From assembly GCA_043228905.1 (NCBI GenBank), contig JBHGNT010000001.1, forward strand, positions 22,320,001 through 22,384,000: a DNA stretch of 64,000 nt. The letters are read 5' to 3'. A model generated the notes under the pieces. The model was not told where the DNA came from. It saw nothing but the letters and a program-made list of their open reading frames with translations, and made no database searches. The DNA comes from Azolla caroliniana (Eukaryota; Plantae; Polypodiophyta). This document shows positions 50,321-62,519 of the stretch, piece after piece (within the stretch, counting starts at the first letter, position 1; every line of letters starts with the position of its first letter). The position numbers were made by a program, and so were the translations under genes.

Positions 50321-51560
50321 CGAAGTGTTGACGGTTACACTGGAGGACGATGAAGCATGGAAGATCTTGGGAGATTGCCAAGTGTCATTACCCTTAGCAA
50401 GATTACTAAAAGTAGCACCTCAATTCATAGAAAAGGTGGCCACTATTATCACCAAGTAGGAGTCGGAAAAAGTCTCGGTAAATTTTACAAATCCATTCAA
50501 GGGACCAACGATAATGGATGAGACAGTCTGATAATCAAAGTCAACATCAAAGTCCGATAATGGATTGTCAATGGAGGCTCTGGCATGAATGCCATTAACA
50601 AAACTACTTGTGATCGGTTGGGCATCACCACATGGGAAACATGCCCTTTCTGGTTACGAATGGCAGTCACTAGCACGGTCCGACCACTTGGGTTGATTCG
50701 ACAACTAGATGTTATCATTGGTGGCCACACATTTCAGATATCGGTCGTCATTCTTTATCTTGATGCACCAGGTGCATATCCACTGATATTGGGCCGACCC
50801 AAGTTTAGCACTGCCAATATTAAACGGAATTGGTAGAAAAATATTTTGACATTTTGGAAAGGCAAGACCACGATTCGGTTGTCGACTCAGAAAAAGGTCG
50901 CGACATCCCAACAATGTGTGTCGTTATATGGTGAAGTGGTTAATATAATGGAAGGACTAGATGGTGGAGAAGAACATTAGTATTTTGAAGACAGTCCCAA
51001 GATCATTCTATTATTTGATATTGACATCCTTAAGGTGCTCACACCATATCTCGGGGATGACGAAAAGGAGGACGAGGTGCCAGTCGATGATAAAACTCTG
51101 AAGGAGTTACACTTGCAACAAGAAGCAATGGAAAGAGAAATGCAAGTATCCTAGCAAGTACGGGCTTTGGCATTAGAAGAATTCAATCTAGCCAACAATG
51201 ACACTGAGCTAAAAATAGTGCTTATAGCGAGGGAGATGCAGTCGGCCGACAAGGCAAGATTGGCCGAGCTACTACGACAATACAAAGATGTGTTTGCGTG
51301 GTCATTTGAGGTTATGAAGGGGCTCGATCCGGCATTATGTTAGCATCATATTAACATGCACAAAGATGCGAAGCCAGTCCAACAACGTCGATACCGCTTA
51401 AACCCGAATTATGCAGTAAAGGTAAAAGAACAAATCGACAAACTATTATAAGTCGGCTTCATTCGACCGGTCAAGAAGGCTACTTGGCTGAGTCCGATAG
51501 TGGTAGTACCCAAAGAGAATGGTAAGATCAGGGTATTTGTTGACTACTGAAAGCTCAATG
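50321..51560 (+). pseudogene. pol: Third, more divergent fragment of the E-family gypsy (gag end-PR-RT start)
   Basis: WETCPFWLRMA..TVRPLGLI, GAYPLILGRP, YRLNPNYA, WLSPIVVVPK..GKIRVFVDY. Confidence 0.88.
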
Positions 51561-51620
51561 ATACACCTATACGGATAACACCTGGCACGCCTATGGGACA
51601 GTGTATTGCACGTTGAACCC
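51561..51620 (-). mobile_element. Inverted fragment matching the E-family anti-PBS/3'-LTR junction
   Basis: ATAACA CC TGGCACGCCTATGGGACAGTG..GCACGTTGAACCC aligns with the reverse complement of 35357-35403. Confidence 0.7.
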
Positions 51621-51859
51621 ACAAGCCCATGCCGAAAAAATTCTATTGACCGGAACTCCATCGATCTTCTCTTCTCTCACGGTCGGAAATCCCTCCACCG
51701 GATTAAAGCTCTACGATCGATAACTTCAATCGAAGCTGGCTTGACCCGAACCTTCTCATTCGGTCAAAATATCGTGGTACAGTCATTTAGGTTTATCAAT
51801 GATTGTGGGTGTATGTGGGTGTGTGTATATATATATGTGTGTGTTTTTCTTCCTTAGTG

Positions 51860-52025
51860 TGAGTAGTGATGAGTTTTTCTATCCTTGCCTTTCCAAAATT
51901 CTATGTCCTACCCCCTCAGGTTTTTCTAAAATTATATTAAGTACCCTCCAGTTTTAGAAATCTCGTGTCATGCCCTTCTGTTTCCGAAATTTGATCCTGT
52001 GCCCTCGAGTTATGTCAATTTTCTC
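51860..52025. mobile_element. Mutator-like (MULE) terminal inverted repeat end
   Basis: Reverse complement starts GAGAAAATTGACATAA (maize Mu TIR starts GAGATAATTGCCATTA); periodic CCCTC submotifs about 30 bp apart. Confidence 0.55.
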
Positions 52026-52167
52026 TCTCCGAAATAAGTCGACACAGTGTATTTACGTGGAAAACCTCCAGAGGCAAAACGACGGGAGTTCTCTTACTCT
52101 AAACAGGATCACTATAGAGAAGAGTGTTACCCATAAGAATATACATGGAGGCATAACGGGTGGAACA
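52026..52167 (-). mobile_element. Copia-type LTR U5 fragment, inverted
   Basis: Minus strand CCGTCGTTTT..GGTTTTCCACGTAAA resembles the type A U5 block. Confidence 0.5.
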
Positions 52168-52521
52168 TGATAATGTGGTTGATGTGTATGGGTAATGGGA
52201 ATGAGTGTATGAGGATGAGTATGTGTATGTGTATGAAAACATGCACATTTGTGTGCATGTGTACAAAGGTGAGAAAGTGGGTAAGTAATGTAACTCCCTA
52301 CTTGTCTCATTCTTTATTTGTAATGGTTACCTCTTGTACAATATAAACCCCACCCATGGGGCATAATGTAATATAAGTTTTTCCCCTCTCATTTTGGTGT
52401 GTTTCTTATTTGTTTCTCTCTCTCCCTCCCTCCCTCACACGTAATCCCCCTTGGGAGGGGGATGAAGCCATTCTAGGCCTCAGTCCCCACCCATTAACAC
52501 TTTTGGCACACACAGTGGGAC
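52168..52521 (+). mobile_element. LTR (52168-52499) plus tRNA-Arg PBS (52504-52521) of another gypsy-like element
   Basis: TGATAATG...CATTAACA, TATA near 52342, then CTTT TGGCACACACAGTGGGAC, the same spacer and PBS type as E1. Confidence 0.75.
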
Positions 52522-52669
52522 GACCCTCCCTTGAGAAGAAGTCAGACTCTCCCTCTCCATCAGTCAAAAACATCCATGGTAGTTGGAAAAGAAGAAGAAT
52601 AAGAAGCAGAAGGATTCGGGGCCCTGTTAGATTCAGTGAGATAGTTCATGTAACGATGAATGTGTTATG

Positions 52670-53420
52670 AGCTTATTGCAGTGGAACAGGAAGGATCAGG
52701 ATGGCAGCAAGCTAAGCTCATCTCTAGCACGGTCTCCATCTGCTCCCTCTCTAAGCTTCCATGGGAGCTATAACGGATATTGTTCTCCTTTGTAAACTCA
52801 TTGTTCAGAATATTACTACCTTCTGTCTTAATCTTCCACAATCCGTGAAGGTTCTGTGTGAAAAGTTTCTTTTCTATTACAACCTCCATCGCCATGGCTT
52901 CAAAGTTGGGTTCCAACAATCAAAATCGTTTAAATACTATGTCCATCTCCATTGGGCTTATGGTTATGGTTTCTGATGAGTTTGGCTAGGCCAAAATCGC
53001 CTAACCTCGCATTGAAATCCTCAGCGAGCATCACGTTGCTTGGCTTCAGATCTCTATGTATCACCACCATCTTCCATTCTTCATGGAGGTAGTGAAGGGA
53101 TGTTGCTACCCCTTGCAACACGTTGTATCTTCTCTCACAATTGAAAAGATGTCGATCAATAGAGTTATGCCGAGAATTTTTGCGTCCTATACACAACTAT
53201 CTATCTAAGCTTCCATTGGGCATGTACTCATAGATCAACATGAACTTTCTATTGCAGTTGTCATAGCTCCACCCATGGAGGTGGACTAGGTTCTTGTGTC
53301 TCATCCTCCCCATGCTTCGTATATTTGCTTTGAACCCCTTCACAGATTTCGACACCATGTGCTGCTCTGCTATCTTTGTGTTGATGGAGGCTAGCCTCCC
53401 CCAGTAAACTGATCTAAACC
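52670..53420 (-). pseudogene. L-type lectin receptor-like kinase kinase-domain pseudogene
   Basis: [78 protein letters not shown]; stops; subdomains VIII-IX missing. Confidence 0.85.
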
Positions 53421-53737
53421 ATTTGATGTTGTCCTATTGGCCTCTGATGATGCAATGCCACTCATTAGTATGTAGAAGGATGTAAATCAATCAAGGAGAT
53501 GATCAGTTCTCGACGCATTATAAGTATCAGAAAATACTAGTGCCAAAGATTTTATGGGTCATGGTCTGTACCTGTTATTGTCATATGGAAATAATATATC
53601 TTTTTTATACTTATTATGTATCGAATTGATATGTCTGACATTGTTTTTGTTCTCTCTCTAAGTATGAATATGATGTTTTATGAGAAGATGAATGTTGAGT
53701 CCATTACACTCTAAAGATGTTTATGACATGATGTACC

Positions 53738-53910
53738 TCATGAGGGAACTTGTAAGCAATTTCCTTCCCTTAACCTCGTGTTTGTTTTAGTCATAGTGAA
53801 CTTGATTGCGATAATGGCCTCAACATAGATTATGGCGGTGGGTGCATCTTTTACTAAAGCATACATGTGGGAGGACCATCGCAACTTTCCATAGTAGTTG
53901 TTATATTGAA
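53738..53910 (-). pseudogene. Diverged duplicate of the transposase C-terminal segment at 54800-54975
   Basis: YALVKDAPTAIIYVEAIIAIKFTM vs YALLQDAPTTIIYDYAIFAIKFTM. Confidence 0.7.
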
Positions 53911-53911
53911 C

Positions 53912-54650
53912 AAAAGAGGATATATACATGACGAGAAACAATTAACACTATAAGAGCACCAAACACTTTATGAAAACCAAAGAGGATATATACATTACTA
54001 GAATTAGTTAGCACTATTAGAGCACCAAATACGCTATGAAAATCAAAGAGGATATATACTATACTAGAAACAATTAACACTATAAGAGCACCAAAAACTT
54101 TATGAAAACCAAAGAGGATATTACATTACTAGAAACATTTACCACTATAAGAGCACCAAACACTTAACGAACACCAAAAAGGATATATACATTACTAGAA
54201 ACAGTTAACACTACAAGAACACCAAACACTTTATGAAAACGAAAGAGGATAATACATTACTAGAAACAGTTCACACTACAAGAGCACCAAACACTTTACG
54301 AAAACCAAAGAGGATATTACATTGCTAGAAACATTTAACACTATAAGAGCACCAAACACTTAACAAACACCTGAAAGAGGATATATACCTTACTAGAAAC
54401 AATTAACACTACAAGAGCAACAAACACTTTATGAAAACCAAAGAAGATAATACATCACTAGAAACATTTAACATTATATTAGCACCAAACACTTTATGAA
54501 AACCAAAGAGGATAATATATTACTAGAAAACTTTAACACTATATAAGCATCAATCACTTTATGCAAACCAAAGAGGATATATACATTAATAGAAACAATT
54601 AACACTATAAGAGCGCCAAACACTTTGGGAAAACCAAAGAGGATATATAT
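53912..54650 (+). repeat. 65-66-bp minisatellite, about 11 copies
   Basis: Unit similar to AAAGAGGATATATACATTACTAGAAACAATTAACACTATAAGAGCACCAAACACTTTATGAAAACC; GAGGA at 53916, 53982, 54048, 54114. Confidence 0.92.
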
Positions 54651-54779
54651 TGATGAATTTGTCATCCCTAATTAGGATAACTTGTGAAGTTACATATGAA
54701 GATCTGACATTGAAGATCATTGGTCATTCTACAAGGTTTTTAAAATGTATTAACAGTTAAAATTCTAAGCATTAAAGAG

Positions 54780-55641
54780 GTAGACCTCCACCAGATTTGT
54801 TCTTGTACATCTTGAGGGACCTTATAGATAGTTTTGTATCCCTTAATTTTGTGCTTTGCTTGAGTCATAGTGAACTTGATTGCGAAAATGGCATAATCAT
54901 AGATTATGGTAGTGGGTGCATCTTGCAATAATGCATATGTGTTCTTGCCTTGTGGCAACTTTGCATAATAGTTGCCACAGATGATAGACTCGCCAACGTT
55001 GGACATGTTGCCCCAACCATCCCTCACCACTTCTCTCAATATTGTGTTCCCTTGCTTGCACACCACAATGTAGTAGTCTTCATTCAAAATCTTCATTTTG
55101 AGGAGATTTCAACACTACAAAATGATCTCCAATAAAAGTGTACATTGGTTGTAGTATACCATATTGTCTGAATGTTCGTTTTCTTGAATATCATCTTGTC
55201 GTTCAATCTCAAGCTTCTGCAACTTCCATGACTCCACGACTGATAAATTGGTGCATTCATCCCAAGATTCACCTATAATACACATGGAACAAAAGCATGA
55301 TAAACTATGAAATCACAATTGTGTTGTGTCCTTGCGACAAAACCTTAAAGAACAATGGATCTTACATATCCTTTTCACAGTTTTACAACCATATGATTTA
55401 CTTCTATCCAACTCATTAGCACGAATCTCAATAAACAATATATTCTTACCATCATTTCACATCTTCCATGTCAGTCACTCCACAACATCATGTGCATTTT
55501 GTAACTTAGCACCTGTATTATCCATCTTCTTGCTTATAAGAGCATGCTTGATCACAGCCTCCGCCCCATCATGCTCTCCCTTTCCATGTCCAAACTTGAA
55601 GTATTTCCATTGCATCCTAATGTTGGTCAATGAGAAGTACC
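54780..55641 (-). pseudogene. DDD-type DNA transposase relic (Sola2-like motif)
   Basis: My minus-strand translation gives WKYFKFGHGKGEHDGAEAVIK...LSCFCSMC..W..CTN; the HGKGxxDG motif is typical of Sola2-like transposases; in-frame stops. Confidence 0.65.
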
Positions 55642-55675
55642 TGGACGTTCTGCATCACAGGTAGCCAAACAATAT

Positions 55676-57460
55676 TTAACATGGCTTAAAACTTAATTAA
55701 TATTGATTCACGTGGGAGGACATTACTAAGTTGTAAATTAAGAATACTTAACATGTCATAAAACAGAATTAGTACTAATAGACATGGGAGTATAGTACTA
55801 AGTTGTAAATTAAGAATACTTTACATGCCTTAAACCATAATCAGTACTTGTGCACATGGGAGGACATCAATAAGTTGTAAATTAAGAATACTTAACATGA
55901 CTTAAAACATAATTAGTATTGATTCATGTGAGAGGAAAGTACCAAGTTGTAAATTAAGAATAGTTAACATGGCTTAAAACATAACTAGTACTGATAGACG
56001 TGGGAGGATAGTACTATGTTGTAAATTAAGAATATTTTACATGGCTTAAAACATAATTAGTACTTGTGCACATGGGAGGACAATACTAAGTTGTAAATTA
56101 AGAATACTTTACATGGCTTAAAACATAATTAGTATTGATTTATGTGAGAGGATAATACTAAGTTGTTAATTAATAATACTTAACATGGCTTAAAATAGAA
56201 TTAGTACTGATAGACGTGGGAGGATAGTACCATGTTGTAAATTAAGAATATTTTACATGGCTTAAAACATAATCAGTACTTGTGCACGTGGGAGGACAAT
56301 ACTAAGTTGTAAATTAAGGATACTACTATGTTGTAAATTAGTACTGTTGCACATGGGAGGACATTACTAAGTTATTACTTGTAGATACTAAACATACGTG
56401 AATAGACAATTAGTACTGATTCACATGGGAAGACAGTAGTAAGTTTTTATTTATATCTATACTAAACATGTGGATAGACAATTAGTACTTATTCACATGG
56501 GAAGATAGTAGTAAGTTTTTATTTATATCTATACTAAACATGTGGATAGACAATTAGTATTGATTCACATGGGATGATAGTACTAAGTTGTTATTTAAAA
56601 ATACTAAACATAAGTGAGTAGAAAATTAGTACTGACATACATGGGAGGATAGTACTAAGTTTTTATTTAAAAGTACTACATTTAGGAAAATATGCAATTA
56701 GTACTGATGCACATGGGAGGATAGTACTAAGTTTTTATTTAAAAATACTAAACTTAAGTAAATACACAATTAGTACTGATGCACATGGGAGGATAATACT
56801 AAGTTATTATTTATAGATATTATACATACGTGAATAAAAAATTAGTACTGACACATGGGGGGACAATGTTAAGTTTTTATTTAAAAATATTAAACTTAGT
56901 TAATACACAATTAGTACCGATCACGTGGGAGGACAATACTAAGTTATTATTTATAGATACTAAACATAAGTGAGTAGAAAACTAGTATTGACACATATGG
57001 GAGGACAATACTAAGTTGTCATTTAAAAATACTAAACATGGGTAAACACATAATTAGTACTGATGCACATTTGATAGCAATACTAAGTTATTATTCAAAA
57101 TAATAAGCATAGGTGAATAGACAATTAGTGATGATGCATATAGAACAACAATACTAAGTTGTTATATAAAAATACTAAATATAGGTAAATATACAATTAG
57201 TATTGATGCACGTGGGAGGATAATACTACATTGTTATTTAAAAGTACTAAATATCGGTAAATACATAATTAGCATTGATGCACATTGGAGGACAATACTA
57301 AGTTATTATTTAAAAATACCAAACATGAGTAAAAACATTATTAGTACTGATGCACATTAAGAGAAAGTAAAAAGCTTTTATTGAACAACACTAAATGTAG
57401 AGACTAAACTAATATTAGTACTATAGACAAGTTTGAATACAATTAGTTCTAATTTTTCAT
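55676..57460 (+). repeat. 72-bp AT-rich minisatellite (about 25 units, two subarrays, trimeric higher order)
   Basis: Period 72 (55676, 55748, 55820, 55892...); core TTAGTACTGATGCACATGGGAGGACAATACTAAGTT. Confidence 0.93.
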
Positions 57461-58429
57461 TAAAGATTAGAAAACATAGGAAACTAAAGTAATAGTTGAA
57501 GGCCTATGAAGTATTAGTTGAATAGACTTAGAACTATGTGTACTTAACATACAATAATAAATTTACCTTGCAATAAAAAAGTAGTATCATGCCGCCTTAA
57601 ATTGTGAGGCTACACCATCAGACCAAACTTAATATTGATTAAAGGTAAGACCAAGAAATAGTAAATCTGCATGGTCAAGCTCAAACCAATGTTAAACAAA
57701 AATTGGATAATGCTTTTTATTATCCGAAATGTAGATTATATATTTGTTATGTAACATTCCTTGAATTGTGAATTTTGCCCATAACCCCTAAATTTACGTG
57801 GAATGAACTCCTAGAGTTACTTTTGAAACTCTGAGACAAGCATTGTAACATATGTCTCCTTATATGCTTACTTAATATTTTTCCTAACTAGTCTATTCCC
57901 TATATTTTCTACCACATACCCTATATTTGTTTCCATTTCACAATATGATAGTTACCACATCAAGCCCATTGTACTAAATATGGGTTGTGGCCAAAACTTA
58001 CATCATCTTAAAAGAAATGAAAGACTAATTAATAGATCTTTTTTTTAGCATTACACATACTATATATTGTCTATTGGTAAACAAGACATGTCAATCTAAT
58101 TGATGACTACCATTTTCAATTATATGTATTACTTAAAAAAGAATACCAAGGAAAGTAATTAAAGCAATCAAGGTTACAATTAGTTGTATACTAATATTAC
58201 CAAATGAGACCTGCAAGCATAATAAATCAACAAGAGTTATATTAGTAATTTCATAACCAATGATAACATGATTTCAAATATGAAAAGCAAGAAATAAAGG
58301 AAGAAAGATAAACATGCAACATAAAAAATTTGAATATGACAAGGAATCACATAAAAAAATCATATACAAGAAAACCATGGTTTTATATATTAAAATGATG
58401 AAATATACGAAGAATGGTAGACATGCAAA

Positions 58430-59160
58430 AAATCTACATGACAAAGATGAACATGAGAATACGAGAAAAATGATGAGCATGAAAATAATATACATGAGAA
58501 AGATAAACACAAAAATACGACAAGAAAGATGAGCAAGAAAAGAATCCACAAGAGAAAGATGAACATGAGAATAGGAAAAATAAGATGAAAATGCGGAAGA
58601 AACTCCTCTATGTATGAACCGCTTATGATTCATAGACGAACTTGAAAATCGAAGATTGGAATACTTATATTGGACATGAGAATAAGAGAAGAAAGATGAA
58701 CATGAAAAAAACCTACAAGAGAAAGATGAACATGAAAAATATCTACATAAGAATAGAGAAGAAAGATAAACATGAGAAAGATGAACATAAACAAAATATA
58801 CATGAAAAAAAGATGAACATGAGAAGATGAGAAGAAACATAAACATAAGGAAAAATCTCCTCTATCTATGAACCACTTACTATTCATGGAAGAAACTTCA
58901 AATCAAAGATAAGAAGACTCATGTTAGACATGAGAATATGTGAAAAAAGAAATCTACACGAGAATATGAGAAGAAATATGAACACGAGGAAGAAGTTTCC
59001 CAATCAATGAACCGTATATGGTTCATCAAAGAATCTTCAAATCAGAGATAGGAGGACTCACGTTAGCCAAAGGTTCAAATCTGAGTGCAAAAGATTCGTG
59101 TTGGAAGAAGCTTCAAATCTGAGTGCAAAAGATTGGTGTTGGAAGAAGCTTCAACCATTT
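58430..59160 (+). repeat. Degenerate purine-rich repeat region
   Basis: Recurrent AAAGATGAACATGA, three ATGAACC..TTCAT blocks, and a short tandem duplication at about 59075-59155. Confidence 0.7.
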
Positions 59161-59639
59161 TGTTATGAGAACTATTAAAAGATAAAGCATGAAATCTGAG
59201 TTAAGACAACGATTCATGCATAAGGTTCAAATCAGAGATAGGAGAACAATTCAGAAATAAGGTTTAGATCTAAGTAAGGAGAAGGCTTGGTTGGAAGAAG
59301 AATGATGAGAAGAAAAAGCATCAAAAATGAAAACGGTGAAATTTTGAAAAAGGTAAAAACTTGAAAAAGTGAAAAATATTTAATGTGAAGGGGGAAATAC
59401 CCCCCAAAATCGTAAAATCCACTCATATCACTTTCCCCCCATTTTATGTCATTATTGCACTTTGTACTACTCCCACGTCACTCTTGAATTTTATGTTTGC
59501 CAAAATTAATATTATTTATTAATTTTTAGTACTAACAGTATAAAAAGTAGACGTGTTTTTTTTTGTCAAAACAGTACTTTTTTGGTACACCGTAGCTTGC
59601 TTTAACCCTTTAATTATTCGTAGCTATTTAGCTACTCAT

Positions 59640-62188
59640 AGCTAATTAGCTGAGTATGTAAGTTACTAATATACTTAGGTAAAAAGTGAGAGTGAGTAGA
59701 GAAGTAGACAGACGAGAATTTTTTTCTGTGTAATGAAATTGAAGGTTTTTGGGCTGCTACAGAGGTGAGTCTCATTCCCCCTTCTTTGTCTCTTGAACAA
59801 AAAACGATCTTGCACATCACGTGTCTGTTGTTGCACTAAGAAGAGCTATAGTGCCTTCTTAACATGATATCAAAGCACAATTGCTCATAAAATAGAATAG
59901 TATAGATCTAAGAAAATTTCTTTATTCGCTAATCTGAATCAGAGAGTTGCTTGTTGAGCGTAATCATAGCTAAAGCCGTAAGTTGAAAGACAAATGGTTG
60001 TTGTAAATGGAGGCCAAATATTCATAGAAAAACTAGATAACATCAATTTCCTTGCGTGGAAATTCAGAATGACAAATTTCCTAATGGGAAAAGGGTATTG
60101 GGAGTACATTGAAAGAGAGCTAGAAAAGGCTCCAGAGATCCCTGAAGAAAATGCAACTGGTGCACAAAACAAAGCATTTAACGATTGGAATCAAGGGGCA
60201 AGAAAAGTGTTGCATTGGCTACCACTTAGCATCTCAGATTCGATTCTTGGACATATACAAGATGCTCTACTTCCAAAGGAGGCTTGGGACAGTTTGGTGA
60301 AACTGTTTGCAATAAATACAAAGGCAAGAAAACTTCAGTTGAAAACTAAACTAAATACATTGGAAAAAGGTAAAATGTTAGTCAATGAGTATGCTCTGAA
60401 AATAAAGAGCATATATGAGTCACTTGCTTCCATGAATGTGAAGGTAGAAGATGATGATAAAGTAGAAGTATGCTTAAGGGTTTAGATACTCAATATAAAT
60501 GTTTCAAAACATCCATTCTCACAAAAGATAGCATCCCATGTTTTGTAGATCTAGCTTCAATGCTAGTAGTGGAAGAAAGAAATCTTATTGAAGATGCAAA
60601 CAAAGGAAACTCTAAAACTGAGGGGCAATCTCTCTACAATAGTGCTGGAAGAGGCCAAGGAAGAGGCCATGGCAAATTTGGTTCAACTAGAACTAATAAT
60701 AATTATCAAGGAAGAAGACAACAAGCTGTAAGTGGAAGAAATAACATGAGAGGTAGGGGGAGCAATCGAGGCCGAGGTAAGCAAAGTTATTTGAGTGATG
60801 ATGGCAGTTGGTATTATGGAAAACCAAGCCATACAGAGGCTGAATATTATAAAAAGAAAAATGAAGGAAGAGACAACAAAATAACTATGCTTCAACTAGT
60901 GAAAACAATGACAAAGAGGGTGCTTTTGTTATGCAACATGAAACTACAAGAATGGTTGAAAGTTTATAGAGATGTAATGAAGATGATATGTGGTATGTAG
61001 ATTTGGGGGGCATCTAATCATGTGACCGAACATGCGAATTGGTTTGAAAGATTAAAAGAACTAGAGATTCCTGGTTATGTATAGACAAGTGATAATACTA
61101 CTCATACAATCGAACATGTAGGAGACATTCCATTGTGGGAAGAACAAGGAAAAACAAAGTATATGTTGAATGTTATGCATGTTCCAAATCTTGCAGAAAA
61201 TCTGATTTCTGTTGGATAGAGAGTAGAGCAAGGAATGCCAGTAAAGTTTAAGAAAAGTGGATGCTTTATAGAGAAACATGGTAAGCTGATAGCAAAAGGA
61301 AAATGTCAAGGAAGAATGTTTGTCTTAGATGTGAATATGCTTAAAATGACTATAGCCATGTTCACGGGATGATTGAATGTAATCTCAGATGTAGAAATGT
61401 GGCATAAACGAATATGACACATAAGTATGCAAGTTTTGAAAAATATGTTGAGAAAAAATGTAGTGGTTAGACTGCTGAAGTTGAAAGACTATGAGATGAG
61501 CAAAATATGTGAAGCATGTCAATATAGAAAGCAAAATAGGTTGCCTTTCCCTTATGAAGGACATATAAACAAAAACTTGTTGGATTTGGTACATACAAAT
61601 GTATGGGGACCGACAAAAAATGCATAAATTGGTGGCTGCAGGTTTTATGCAACGTTCAGTGATGATGGCTCAAGGAAAATATTGGTTTACCTCATGAAAG
61701 AGAAGAGTGATGTATTTGAGTATTTTCGTAAGTTCAAATGCATTGTAGAAAAGCAGGCTGGAACTAGAATAAAATGTTTAAGGTGTGATGGAGGAGGAGA
61801 ATACTTCTCCAATGAATTCTCTGATTTTCTATGCAATCAAGGAATAAGGAGATAGTTCACATATAGATATACTCCATGGAAAAATGGAGTGGTTGAGAGG
61901 AAAAATAGAACATTGATAAACATAGCAAGAGCTTTGATGACAGAAAAGAATATGCCATTGTATTACTGGGTTGAAGTTGTAAATACAACAAACTATATTC
62001 TAAATAGATGCTTAACATCTCGACTATAGGTAGTAACTCCTAAAGAAACCTAGTCTAGAACACTTTAAAATGTTTGAATGCCTTGCTTATGTTCGTGTAC
62101 CTGCTAAAGTAAGAAATAAGCTTGATCCAAAAGCTGAAAATTGTGTTTTTGTGGGATATTCAGAGGAGCAAAAAGGGTATAGATGTTA
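59640..62188 (+). mobile_element. AT-rich, old Ty1/copia D (Bryco-like gag), truncated by B3
   Basis: LTR end ..TTAACA at 59864 (LTR start uncertain), degenerate PBS TGATATCAAAGC, gag EKLDNINFLAWKFRM, PR, GAG-pre-integrase, INT KLDPKAENCVFVGY. Confidence 0.85.
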
Positions 62189-62488
62189 TGTTGAGCGGCA
62201 AGCTCAACCGGACCCGGATCGGCTGAATAAGCCTGAGCCGGTAAGCAGTATGGACCGGTAAGCGAGAGGAGCCGATATGCCGGATCCAATCCGTAACCGG
62301 AAGCCTAGTATAGGTTAGACTACTAGGCAGTTATAGTCTCGTAGTTAGTGTCAGATGCTCGTGTGAGCATTGAAGTACACCATACTTCTAACAGTCCCGT
62401 GTGGACTTGTATAAATAGCGTTGATGAGCGCGTTGTAGATATAGAGCACAGAGTATTCATATAATTTTGAGAAATAGTGTGTTTTGCT

Positions 62489-62519
<31 letters not shown>

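Noticed and set aside
51606-51680. RKNSIDR peptide resembling the LecRK fragment at about 53150-53185
   Set aside because: Short match in a non-conserved linker with weak nucleotide similarity; treated as coincidence.
53946-54612. CACTA terminal motifs
   Set aside because: CACTA occurs inside each minisatellite unit; there is no paired TAGTG end or 3-bp TSD.
53912-57460. CRISPR-like arrays
   Set aside because: Units repeat head-to-tail with no unique spacers, there are no cas genes, and the context is eukaryotic; these are minisatellites.
58274-58887. Hydrophobic 190-aa and 85-aa ORFs as membrane proteins
   Set aside because: They are translations of the purine-rich repeat's complement; low complexity.
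59602-59613. piggyBac-like end TTAA-CCCTT
   Set aside because: No matching opposite TIR or piggyBac transposase; too short to trust in AT-rich DNA.
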